A DNA stretch of 62,931 nucleotides, filler included, from Basidioascus undulatus (Eukaryota), in NCBI GenBank assembly GCA_000826855.1. It is 11 parts of 11 records of this genome, joined end to end, with 100 filler letters (N's around TTAATTAATTAA, not from the genome) between each part and the next. Parts side by side here need not be neighbours in the genome. Positions count along the whole stretch, not along the records: positions 51,579 to 55,297 come from JTLS01002336.1; positions 55,398 to 59,116 come from JTLS01002337.1; positions 59,217 to 62,931 come from JTLS01002338.1; 8 more parts are not named here. The stretch is one strand, 5' to 3'. The notes below the pieces were generated by a model. That model did no database searches. It worked only from the letters and a program-made list of their open reading frames with translations, and had not been told where the DNA came from. Position numbers and translations under genes: made by a program. Shown one piece after another: positions 51,630 through 62,931 of this stretch. Numbering within the stretch: position 1 is the first letter of the stretch; every line of letters starts with the position of its first letter.

Positions 51630-52518
51630 GTATCACCCGCGACTCCCGCCACAAGCGCTCCGCTTCCGGTGCCAAGCGTGCGCACTACCGCAAGAAGAGA
51701 AAGTTCGAGCTCGGTCGCCAGCCGGCGAACACTCGTCTCGGCCCGAAGCGCATTCACACCGTGCGCGTCCGTGGCGGCAGCCTCAAGTATCGCGCGCTCC
51801 GCCTCGACAGCGGCAACTTCGCGTGGGCGTCCGAGCACGTCACCCGCAAGACTCGTCTCATCGGCGTCGTGAGTAACTTTTTCCTCCCTCTGTGAACGGA
51901 GACGGCGGGCCGGGTCGTCGGGGTGGGGAGGAGCCCTGCGGTCGCCAGGAAGCATTGGAGAATCATGATGCTGATCTGTGGGGGCGTCTTCGTATCCAGG
52001 TCTACAACGCGTCCAACAACGAGCTTGTCCGCACCAACACCCTCGTCAAGTCGGCCATCATCCAGGTCGACGCGACTCCCTTCCGTCAGTGGTACGAGGC
52101 CCACTACGCCCAGCCTGTGACCCGCAAGGGCAAGGCGGCGGAGAAGTCCGAGGAGGAGGAGAAGAAGAAGTCGGGCTCGGTCGTCCGCAAGCTTGAGGAG
52201 CGCAAGAAGGGTACGTTCTATCTCGGCTATTCACCCCATGCACGACGACCCGTTAACATCCATGGCGGGTGATGCAGATGCCAAGATCGACCCTCTTCTC
52301 GAGTCCCAGTTCGCCGCTGGCCGTCTCTACGCCGCGATCTCGTCCCGGCCCGGCCAGTCCGGCCGCGCTGATGGCTACATCCTCGAGGGCAAGGAGCTCG
52401 AGGTACGCAACCTCCCTCGTCTCCCGCCTTTTCACCGCAATAGCAGCTCACTCCCGCCCTTTTCCCCATTCAGTTCTACGTCCGTCGTCTGCGTGCGGGT
52501 GCCAAGAAGCACCAGTAA
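51630..52518 (+). CDS. RPS8: 40S ribosomal protein S8 (eS8), first mini-exon missing
   Basis: [16 protein letters not shown]...[16 protein letters not shown]...[22 protein letters not shown]; three introns visible. Confidence 0.98.
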
Positions 52519-52950
52519 ACGTCAGGGGTTCCGTGCGTGAGGGCCGCTACCCTACCATGTGCCGTTGATTTTTGCTGCTTCTTGCCATGTACTTTTTGTC
52601 TTCTACTGCAATACTCAACCCCAGGCTATGCTGCGTCGCGACTTCACCGTTGGCTGTTGGATTGCATGCAAGAAGCAAGCAAGAAGACCGGCGTAGGCAA
52701 GGCAGGGTACAATGGCAGTGAACGTTAGCGAGTCGCCCGTTTTCGTGCTCGGCGTTCGACGTGGGGACGGGCGCAGCGCGTTTGCTTTCACTTGACCTGC
52801 TGCTGTCCCCGTCGCTTCGGCTGCTCGCTCGATTCTTTCTTCACCTTCTCCATCATCCATCGGCGCATCCATCCTCACCGTCAGCATCCATTTACTGAAC
52901 TTACTGCTCACCCTTCTCGCTCGTCGTTCGACTCCCCTTCGGACTGCGCC

Positions 52951-55104
52951 ATGCCGGTGTCCAACGCCGCGACGCCCTCGCCTACGCACGCCTGGCCCGG
53001 CCACAGCAGGGCGATCCCGGCGCCGCATGACCGCGTCGACTGGCGGATCAAAGACGACGTCCTTCCCTGCTTCCTCGTCGAAGGCAAGGCGCACGAGCCC
53101 GTGAAGCACCTTGGATCGGTGAGCCTCGCGCCTGCCCCGTCAACCCTTTACGCCACTCGCGTCTCGAACCGGCTAACAGTTGGCTCGATCGCGAAGGGCG
53201 GCAATGCGGATGCGTTTCTGTACGAGCGCATCGACAAGCCCGGCGCGTACATCGTCATCAAGCGCGGTCTTGCCGAGGTCTTTCACTGCCCTGGACCCGG
53301 CAGCTGCGTCGTGGGCATCCCAGTACTTACCCTACAGCCCGCTGCCGCCGTAGAATCTCCGCACAGAAGCTCGCATCTACCCGCGACTCCCGCCCCACCC
53401 CAACGTCCTCAAGTGCCTCGCCCCGCCTGTCCGCGTCGGCGAGCTCGTCCACCTCGCGCTCGAGTTCTGCGAGAACGGGGTGCGTGCTTCGCATTTGGTG
53501 TTTCGCCTGCACGCGTTGAGGCTGATTGTGGAGAGTGCTGGTTTCAGGATCTCCACGAGATGATCAATCGCACTGCTACACAGGGCAAGAAGTTCAGCGA
53601 GGGGCAGGTGAAGGTGTGGATGCGCCAGCTCGTGAGCGGAGTTCAGGTGCGTCGGCCGCACCCCCTTCGTCCCTCCTTCCGTATTGAACTGTCTTAGCAT
53701 AGCATGGCACGCTGACTTGTTAAATGCAGGCGCTTCACCACTGCAATTTCGTCATCGGCGACCTCAAGCCTGCGAACCTGGTCCGTTCTCGACGAGTGGC
53801 CCTTCTCACCCCTCTCCTTGACTTACTTCGCTCCCGCGCAGCTCCTGACCGCGTCCAACACGCTCAAGCTCTCCGACTTCGGGACCGCGCACGAACTACA
53901 GCCAGGCGAGCTTTTTCGGTCAGTCTCGCCGCATCTTTCCCATTTCGCAGCGCACGGGGGCTGAAAGGCTGCGGACAAATACGCAGCTGCACACGCGGCA
54001 CAGTCATCTACGCCTCGCCCGAGCGTGTCCTGTGGCAGGCGGACCGGCTCGACGGGATGGAGGACATGGACGACGCACTCGCGGTGCGTGCGTCGGGGTA
54101 CAGGTTCGAGGACGACGTGTGGAGCGTCGGGGTCATCCTGTGAGCGTCTTCGTTTCCACCAACATCCCCAGCCGACACTCTGCGTTCGTAGTCGTCTGGG
54201 CCCTCTGACTGGACGAGACGCCCCGCAGCCGCTGCCTGCTCATGATGAAGCCGACGCCGACTCCGCGCGCACTCGGCAACGTCCCCGACTACGCACTCGT
54301 GCACAAGCGCGCTGCGCACTTCAACGACCCGGAGCGGATCATACAGGTCGTGCGGTATGTGTTCTTCTTTCTACTGCCTCTACTATCTATCATTTTCTGA
54401 ACCGATGCATCCTTGTAGGACGCACAAGAACGGCACGTACCTGTCCACGGTCGAGCATCGCTTCTCCGCCGATGCCCAGGCACTGCTGAAAGCCCTGCTG
54501 GCCCCCGCTTACGGTCAGTCAGAGTCCGGCTTCTCCCGCCTTCAATCCAAGTTCACTGTCGCTAACTTTCATTCACCGACTCGTAGACGCCTTCGGCTAC
54601 CCGCTCAGGCTCAACATCTCCCAAGTCGCGCGGCACCCGTACCTTCAGACCCCGCCGCCCACGCCCGCGCGTCCGCCCCCTCGCCCCCCTCAGCCGGCTC
54701 GCCAGCTTAGGTCGCAGACTGCCACGCCGGACGAGGGGCCTCCCGCGTCGTCGCAGCGTCGTCGCAACCTGCAAGCCCCTCCACCTCCGCACACGCGCGC
54801 GCCCGTTCACCCCACGGACGCACCTGAGAGGCTTCTCTGTCCTCACGCGCCGCCACCGCGCGCTCGCACCATGGTGTGCTTGGACTCATCGTCGGAGAAC
54901 GCTACGAGCTCCACCGGAGGAGAACAGGAGAAGGCCCTGCCGCTCGGCGGACCGCACAGGCCGACGTGCTTTCAGCCCCCCCCGCCGGCCAAGCGTCGCC
55001 TTGGGAGGGAGGTCGAGGGCTTGCTCGACCAGCAGGCGCAGTGGATAGAGTCGCCTGGAGTAGGCGGTCAGGGTGGAGGGAAGAGGGCGAGGGTCCGCCG
55101 CTGA
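52951..55104 (+). CDS. Divergent non-RD Ser/Thr protein kinase, possibly frameshifted after subdomain IX
   Basis: LGSGGNA, VIKR, HPNVL, LEFCENGDL, IGDLKPANL, KLSDFG, GTVIYASPE, DVWSVGVI. Confidence 0.8.
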
Positions 55105-55397
55105 GCAACTCCGGACGTTTTTCTCATCTTCCTCCCTTTCCACTCCCCTGTCTGCCCTCAACCCGCCGCACACCGTTCACACCTTCCTCACCTATGCTTC
55201 CTGACCATATCCCATCATTTCGCACCTCATGTCGCACCACCTTCCATCTTCTTTGAGCCATTTCACTTTCTCGCACCGTCCGCCAGGCATTCCAGTCNNN
55301 NNNNNNNNNNNNNNNNNNNNNNNNNNNNNNNNNNNNNNNNNTTAATTAATTAANNNNNNNNNNNNNNNNNNNNNNNNNNNNNNNNNNNNNNNNNNNN

Positions 55398-56774
55398 GCA
55401 GGAGTTCCGTTCTGGGGTTGTGCTGTAAGGAGGCGGTAAGGGGAGAGTGGGGAGGACGAGGAAGGCGCTGGCTTGGAGGTGCGCGGCGGGGGGGTGGCGT
55501 GCGATGAGGCGTCGGAGTGGGCGGAGGGAGAGCGAGAACGGGAGCCGGAGCGGGAGCGGCAACGCCCGGTGGGGGAGGGAGAGCGGGACGGGGAGGACGA
55601 GGGCTTCGGCGCGGGCAGGGCGCCGAAGCGTGACTCGTAGTGGTCCAGGAGCGCGAGCAGGGATGTACGGTGCGTGTGCGAGGCGTGGAGGTCGGTGCTG
55701 TAAGTGGGTGGAGGGGCAGAGCAGGGAAGATCAGCTTGGCGGTTGAAAGGAAGGGCGGCACGTTAAAAGGACGTACGAGAGCTGTCCAATAACTTTGTGT
55801 GATTCTGTTTGCCATCACAGACTTCGTCAGCCGCCTATCCTCCAGCAAGGAGAGAGAATGCGACTCACCCTCCAGCGCGTCCTCCAATCCCTGGACGACC
55901 TTCTTCCCTTCCCCGAGCTCGTCGCCCAGTGTCCTGCCCACCTTTCCCAGCGCCTCCCCCAGCTCCTCGTTCTCTTTCACAAGCACAGCACACCTCTTCC
56001 TCAGCTCCTCAACCTCCCGTCCCTCTTCCCCCTCTGCCTTCCCCTGCCCGACCCGCGCCTCGAGATCCTCAATCCGCTTCCGCATCGCCTCGAAGAGCGC
56101 CAGCGCAGGTGCTGGGAGGTACGTGCTCTGATTCTGGGATGGCTGCGCGGCTGCGCGAAGGAGCGTGATCTGCGAGAGGAGCGCGGCGATGTGCGTCTGC
56201 GCAGTCGACAGCTGTGCGGCAAGGGACGCCTCGAGCGCCGTCGTGCTGGACTTGGAGGGCGGCTGCGGGGACGGCTGGAGCGCTGCGGGCGCGGGAGTGG
56301 GCGTACGCGTGCGATGGTGCGAATGTGAGAGCGGCTTGGAGGATGGGTGCGACTGCGCTTGCCCCTGCAGCGGTGGGTGGGGAGAGGGGCGAGCAGGAAG
56401 GGACGGGTGTCGGGAGGCCGCGGGGCCGGGGGGGCCGCCGCGGGCGGGAGATGGTGAGCGTGAGGGCTTGCGCTGTCCGAAGAGATAAATTTTAGCTTTC
56501 AAATGGTAAGATGAGGGCAAGATGGCAGACGGAACGCACCTTCCTGCTAGCCTCGACTGATCAACGCACGTCCACCAGCCCGAACCCAACAGCAAACCCG
56601 ACACCCACATCAGCCCAGCATCCTTGATACGCCCCAGTTCAAGGTTCAATTTCCCAGAAACGCACCCTCCCTCCTAAGCGCCTCCAGGTCAAGCGGCGGC
56701 GTGTCGCCCCGCTGTCGTGGCCGCTGGTGCTGCTGGTGGTGGGTCACCGTCGGGCCATAATACGCATTGTCCAT
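55398..56774 (-). CDS. Coiled-coil protein with a low-complexity N-terminus (weakly WTAP/Mum2-like)
   Basis: Spliced ORF from MDNAYYG; heptad region EELRKRCAVLVKENEELGEAL. Confidence 0.5.
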
Positions 56775-57119
56775 AAGCGATTGCTGAGCTGGGAAAAGGA
56801 AAGAGTATGTGTCTCTGAGGTCCGAATAAAGTGTGAATCTCAGGCTATAACGGGCGGGTAAGATGGGGATGATGATGGGGAAAGGAAGGGCGGAAAGGAG
56901 GAGGTCATTTCCGGGCAAGCAGAACGCGCGAAGACGCGCCCAGTGTTTGCCGTGCTTGATTTTTTGGGCAAAGTTGGGCAACGCCCCTTTGCCTTGCACT
57001 TCCTGTTGCTACGGTTCGTTGACAGAGGACATAAAACGGCACTGAGGGTGTACAGGTCCGTCCGTGAGGGTAGGCGATTTCTTTTACAGTAGCTCGGGGG
57101 TCATGTGCCAAGTGCCTGT

Positions 57120-58400
57120 GTCGTGAAAGGGCAGAATCATCTGACTTTGCTTAGTCAATCTTATCAACTCGACTAAATTGACTGTGAGAAGGCGAATTGA
57201 CCAGCATAGCGAAATAGGACATGCAAAATTCAATTTCGGTCAAACACAACGGTGCAAGGCATGTCCTTCAGCCAATGTCTGGTCAATATTTTGTCAGCCC
57301 TGGCTCCAGCCCAAGTCTGTAGTTAATCTAGTCAATCAATAGAATGAGATGCAAAAGGAACTTCCCGATATGCTTGATTTTTATCAAGGGATGCTGGGGC
57401 TATCTGAACCGCCTTTCCAATGTGCTCACCCCAATGTGCTCACCATACTCCGGGCCTTCCCTACACCCTTATGCGTTGCTGTGATTTGAACTGCGCTAAG
57501 ATGAAGCTTACAATATGTATCTATCAACTTAGCTAAGAAACCTGCTCAACACACCACAGCTTAACAATATAATATTCACTTAAACACATCTAGGTACAAT
57601 GTGATGTTTAGGCCTTACCGAGTGAAGCTACCAGAGTATTTGGGGTTATTTGGGGACAAACAGTAAGAACGTATCAATGGTCTCAGCCATAACCAGTGAG
57701 AGGCATGGTTTGTCTTTTGCTCCTTCCCAACCCCGCAAGTAAGAGCATACAGCATCCTTGCTGTTCTCTGAGTCAGTGCTCAATGGAAGTCATGCGCTTT
57801 TTTAACTTTCATTTGCGGGATTCTCTAAACGCTTCACGTAAGTGATGACAGGTTCAGGATGAACGACACGCTAGCTTTACGGCAGTGGAGTAAGCCGCTC
57901 TTGATGCTTGGGACCAACTCTGGCTATGAACAGAAACCATCAGTAAAGCGTTTCCATAATATAGTGAATGCTCAATGGCCAGTCTGTCTTGTATTTTCTC
58001 CCTGAAGTCAAAACACAGTGGGAAATTGCACGTACTGTCCCCGTCAGTCACACTTGGAATGGTTGTCACACCATTTACAATTGAATTCTTTGTCCTTTCA
58101 AATACCGTGTTCCAGACTCGTTCCCGGTTTTATATTGACTACCAGAGCTCTGATCTGACCACACCTTGACTGTGCCTGGGGAAAGTTGACTACGGTTGAC
58201 ACGCAAGCTGAGGCATTGAATACATTGTCCTGTGCGGCTGTGACATTGACAACATTGAATGGATGTGATCCACTTTGACCACAGATTGACTCCAAAACAG
58301 TCACTTTGACTAGAATTGACTGCAAAACTGTCATATGACTAGGCTGACACTTCTGACCAATTAGCGGCGTTTTCAAGACATGCGCAGCACGCACAGGCCA
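57120..58400. mobile_element. AT-shifted, TCG/CGA-depleted repeat relic
   Basis: Lower GC, no intact ORF, dense TTGA/TCAA words and very few TCG. Confidence 0.45.
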
Positions 58401-59352
58401 GGCTGCAGTCTGAGTTGGGTCTCCTCAAGATCTTCTTCAGCGCAAGTCTAGTATCAACACCTCCCCATGTCAGTACCATGCCCTCTTGCGGACTGGCTAA
58501 GAATACCCAAACCGGACGGAAGATCCTGTTAGCAGAACCTCTGTGCAGTGTACCGCCGAAGCAACGCAGTAGACTGCTTTATCAGACCCCTCGCCGCTCG
58601 TGACAGGACAAGGCACTATTTGGCGACGCAGCGTGGGGCAATTAGTTTGACAGCTATAGTCGGATCCCGAGCTTGCGAGGGGTCTAATCGCTCGCCCGCC
58701 CTCTTCTCGCAGGGATTTCTCGGCCCAGTTGGGCCTTCGCCTTTTGTGTCTTTTTTCTCGCCTTCCCACTTTACACACTAGCTTCTGAGGGTGGGATCGT
58801 CGACAGATACCATAAACTGCTACTCTGCCGAACGCTACTCTCCCAAACTGAGCGAACTTCATCTTACTTCAGCAATAAATATAAGGGGTCAGGCAGGCAC
58901 ACCGCAGTGGGCGGCTGGCGCGGGCTGCCTTTCGTAGCCGAAGTCCCACTTCGACCAACTTTGACCTGCTCTGATGAGCTCTCCAGAGCAATTGTGAGGT
59001 TCTAATTCTGGGGATGTATCTTTTGTTATATCGTATTTTATTTTAGCTCTCTCAGTGGAGTTTTAACCGACTCGGTAGCCTCGTCAATTAAAAGCTCATT
59101 CACGTCCTCCTACCCCNNNNNNNNNNNNNNNNNNNNNNNNNNNNNNNNNNNNNNNNNNNNTTAATTAATTAANNNNNNNNNNNNNNNNNNNNNNNNNNNN
59201 NNNNNNNNNNNNNNNNCATTTTTTCGTTTCTTTTCGTTTGATTTTCTTGGATTGAAACCGTGCGCCTGTATTCTGCTCTCCTATTTTCGTCCTCTGAACT
59301 TTGTCCGATTCCAATCCTTGCTCGGCGCTCGCAATCCCACGACGACGCTCTC

Positions 59353-59424
59353 ATGCGACTGCTGAAGTCCCATCCGCTACTGGCACTGGTCAACAGCTAC
59401 GTCGTCGACTCGCCGCAACCGGCT
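59353..59424 (+). other. cob: Cytochrome b (cob) N-terminal fragment, NUMT-like
   Basis: Translates MRLLKSHPLLALVNSYVVDSPQPA, matching the conserved fungal cob start; similarity ends before the NISY.WNFGSLL motif. Confidence 0.8.
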
Positions 59425-59758
59425 GCTTACCGCCCACCCTCTCTCCATCTACGCACTCCCCTCCGCCGCTCTTTCACACCACATCAGCTCGGTGGGTGTA
59501 TCAACAAGCTGTGCTCGATGCTACTGTTACATGCTGATCATGAGTACTGTGCGCAGAGCACGAGGCTTCGGTTGTTGCTCTGCATCCGAAGTGACCTCCT
59601 GGTCAAGGGGTACGCTCATTTCACAAAATTCTACCACTTAGGGTTCAGACTTGACTACATCTCTGCTGTCAGAACCGGAAAGCCTTGCGTGCACGTAGTT
59701 GTGGTCGTTTCGGGCGTCAGCGTCGCCTCACTCGGCCTTCGGAGGCGGCCGGTATACC

Positions 59759-60812
59759 ATGCAGCACCAACCAACCCTCCCGCCGAATCCAAATACTACC
59801 AACCCCTATTCCTGCTCGTCTCATCACATTCATACCCATCACAACAACCCTATCCCGCTTCCTTCCACTTCCGCCTCCGCCTCCACGTCACCTCCGGACC
59901 CCTGCGCTCCGCGCCCGCCTCCAAAACCGAGTTCAAGAAGAGGCGCAGGAAGTCCAAGAACCGCAAAAGCGCCGGTGCTTTACCGCACCGGTACCAGATT
60001 AAGCGCGAGCGCAAGGCCGCCGCTGCGCAAGCCGATCAAGCTTCGACGTCGTCGAACGCTCCGCTCGTCGCTGACCCAGGGTCCGACTCGGGATCCAACT
60101 CCGACGTGGAATCTTCAGAGGAGCTCTGCAGGCCGGCGCGTCTCCCGCCTTGCAGGTCTCTCCTGTGGGGGCAGGTCTGAAGGGCGTTGCGCCGGGAGAC
60201 GCGCCTGCACCGGCCCTCGTACCACCACCAGCGACCGCGAAGGCTCCGCAGCCGCCGTGGTACTTGGCCGAGCACATCCGGGCTCGTGGTGGCAGACATT
60301 GTTCGTCAACGTCCCTGTTGACTGGGCACTCGATGCAATCGTTGACTTCGGCCAGCTGGGCGAGATGTACGGCTTCGACCGGGACACCGCTCAACCCTCA
60401 CACCAAAGACGCTCGCTAGCTCAACTGCGATCTCTTAGCTCGGGCCCGACGACTCAGGCGCGCCGAGAACGCGGCTAAGGCGCACCTCTCGGCCTACCCG
60501 CACCTGTACGACGTCCCGCTGCATAACGCGTGCCTGTGCGCGCTCGTGGGCATCGATCCCGTGCAGGACCGGCGGCACCTGGGCCCACCGGGCCGTCTCG
60601 ATGTCGCGAAGCTGCAGGCGGAGGTTCGGCGGCTGCAGCAGGAGAAGGCGGCGTTGGTGGCTGAAAGGGATGCGGAGAGGGGAAGGAGAGTGAGGGCGGA
60701 GCTGGAGCTGGAGGCGGCGAGGAAGGCCCAGATGGGAGGGAGTGGGTGGGCGAACGTGTACCAGGGTGTGCAGGACATTGCGGGATGCTGGTTAGGCGAG
60801 GGAGCGGGTTGA
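59759..60812 (+). pseudogene. Uncharacterised gene with multiple frameshifts and a C-terminal coiled coil
   Basis: Coding-like segments (KTEFKKRRRKSK; WQTLFVNVPVDWALDAIVDFGQLG; DVAKLQAEVRRLQQEK) lie in successive different frames without intron signals. Confidence 0.5.
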
Positions 60813-61399
60813 TATGAGCAGAATGGGTTTTTAGAAGCTATGCGCAGTGTCCAGCGACGCTCTGTCTCATTTCGTGGTGTTCCACAAATGAAGTTTTTGC
60901 ATACCTGGATCCGCAAAGATCTACAAACTGTCGCTTCATTCTTTCCTGTGCCAGAATCCTTTGTGCTGAGTAATGCTGAAGGGAAGCGGGCGTCACGACA
61001 GCAGCACGGCAACGTGAAAGGCACAGACCGCAGGCTGACAAACTTCATAGCCAGGTAATTGTTTCCAGTTTACCTGCCACAATCTCATTTTTAGAGAGCT
61101 TGTCCAGCAAATATGAAGTTGGAATAGGGCGACCAAGGCGACAGTCGAGACAAAATCCGGAAACTCGTTCAAAAAGGCCACCCAGATGACCCTCAGAGTA
61201 ACCTCAACTGTAAGTTCGAGATGCCCAAAAGTAAGCAGTGCATGGTATCCTACTTAGAGCGGCGACGTCCATCTCAGCATCCTCGCGTTTCACCTTCTTA
61301 CAGAACCAATCCCAACAATCCGTTCCCCGGCATGGGTTGTACCGGAGCTCTTCGGCAGGCGAAACCGTGTATGGGCCCGATATATTTCCTGCGGGGGCA

Positions 61400-62094
61400 T
61401 GGAGAAGCACCAGCGCCCTTCCTTGTCCTCCGGTATCCAATGCTGGACGTGACGCTCCCCAATTCCGTTAGCCACGCTACCCTCGAGCTCTCCATCCGCC
61501 GCCGTCCTGATGACTTACAATGTCGCGCCGCGCTCGAAGTCATCCACCAGCGCTCCGCTCCCTCTTGCGCGCATCCACACCTTCGTCGGCTCGAGCGGTA
61601 CGATCTCGTACTTGATCGGCTCGAAGCCGGGCGGGTTGAGTCTCTTCGGCCGCACGAAGATGCGGAGGGCGTGGCGCGCGCCGTTCGAGTCGTCCTCGTC
61701 CAGGCGCAAGGCCACTTGGGGAAGGTAGCAGAAGATCGGCTTGTGGCTGTTCTCCCAGCGCCGAGCGCCTGCATCTCACGACGTGCGCGGGAGGCGATGG
61801 CGAAGCGTAGCCGGCCGCGACGGCTGCCATGTGGGCGCAGATGCATTTGTGGCGTGGCCAGTACTCGCGCTGGCGCTCCTTCGAACAGTAGGCAACTGGG
61901 GGGATCGTTGAGAATCATCCAGACGTCTCGAGGCTTGAACAGTATGGAAAAGGATGAACCTCCCTTGCAACGTCCACAAACTCGGTGCTTCGGCCCACCC
62001 AAGAACTCGAGCGACTCCACGGCGCAGTTGGCGCAGACTCCGTACTTGCAAGTGTAGCCGCCGCTTTTGTTGTAATGCTTTCGCTGTAAGCCAT
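61400..62094 (-). pseudogene. Second MYND zinc-finger gene, degenerate
   Basis: CANC...VCGRCK|AAYCSKERQREYWPRHKCIC with ligand substitutions, frameshifts and an in-frame stop at about 61515. Confidence 0.7.
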
Positions 62095-62931
62095 ATCGGT
62101 AAGGCGCTGCTTCGGTTCGAAATAGGGGAAGGTGCGGCGGTGGGGGTTGCGGGACAATGACGGCGGAAGGCAGAATCGGAATACAAAAGTTGGGAGTTGA
62201 CCGGCGAATGCACGCCATGCAATTTGCCCTGAGGAAATTTGCACAGAAACTAAATGGGGAAATTTGCGCCCAGTTTGCATTGATGTGCTTTCACGATTCT
62301 CACATGAACGGGAACGGAGCCGGTGACAGGCGGCATCGGTTCGTCACGCACCACGAGGTTTTGCAGTCATCGGCAGACGCCTCATTGCACACTGCCAGTC
62401 AGCGCACGTTTTTCTCCGACGATTATTGCTCCTCGCTGTATCCCTGATGTTGCGGTATTTGTTTCCCAAGTTCTTAGTGTGCAAGGGCCTCCCTCGCACT
62501 GCAGCCCAGATCGAGCACGCTAGACACCAGACGGCCACGCAGTCCGACCGTTTCTTTGGATGATGACCACGCAGCGCCCGAACCGCTGCGCGTCCGTTCC
62601 CGATCATCCGCCATCACCTTCATCCCTTCAACCCACCATCGATCAGCATCTTCCTTCCTCCACGCATCCTCCGTGCCGCGCATCCTCAAACATGAATCCA
62701 ACCTTCGAGTATGCATGCATAATCATCATCATCCGTCATCCATCCGCATTCAAGCCACTGTAAAACACATTTCCACCTCCCTCCCATCCCCTCCCTCCCT
62801 CCGCAACATCCGAAGGGAGAGCACGAACCAATCGACCAATCAAATAAACAATGAGGACTTTGCGTAACGTCAAAAACGGGGAAAGGGAAGAGAAGGGAGA
62901 GGGAGGGTCCGAGTGTTCCCATTGACAGGGC

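Noticed and set aside
51869..51999. Intronic snoRNA in RPS8
   Set aside because: Only an overlapping ATGATG/CTGA near the branch site; no properly spaced C/D or H/ACA structure seen
6581..52518. Ribosome-biogenesis cluster (UTP21, SOF1, RPS8)
   Set aside because: The genes lie on different contigs joined artificially

Overview
This is eukaryotic DNA from a GC-rich, intron-dense basidiomycete fungus. Pucciniomycotina/Microbotryomycetes is my inference from gene style and a TCG-depletion signature. The window is not one locus. It is 11 unrelated contigs joined by ten artificial 100-nt spacers (44 N + TTAATTAATTAA + 44 N): ten contigs of about 3.7 kb in descending size order, plus one 24.7-kb contig (3843-28502). 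Gene neighbourhoods therefore only mean something within a contig, and most ORF-track entries are exon pieces or antisense shadows. Recognisable spliced genes are an FG-nucleoporin, HEM4 (first exon only), NEO1, URA6, UTP21, VPS2/DID4, a LOG-family hydrolase, an MFS sugar porter, a GH51 arabinofuranosidase (disrupted), a BadF-type GlcNAc kinase, a PriA/CPL1-like secreted protein, a DUF4211 protein, a membrane RING-ligase-like protein, a CLC channel, PLAC8, RHEB, SOF1, RPS8 and a divergent protein kinase. There are also tRNA-Lys(CTT), a degenerate tRNA-Asp(GTC) and several decayed genes (RecQ, two MYND fingers, a beta-lactamase-like hydrolase). I found no convincing new multi-gene system. The best leads are a TM microprotein ORF ending 15 nt before URA6, a GC-rich 24-codon copy of the cytochrome b N-terminus, a Helitron-like end next to a duplicated transporter fragment, a decaying low-GC sugar-utilisation island, and a TCG->TTG hypermutated relic. 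All homology calls come from motif recognition by eye, not from database searches.
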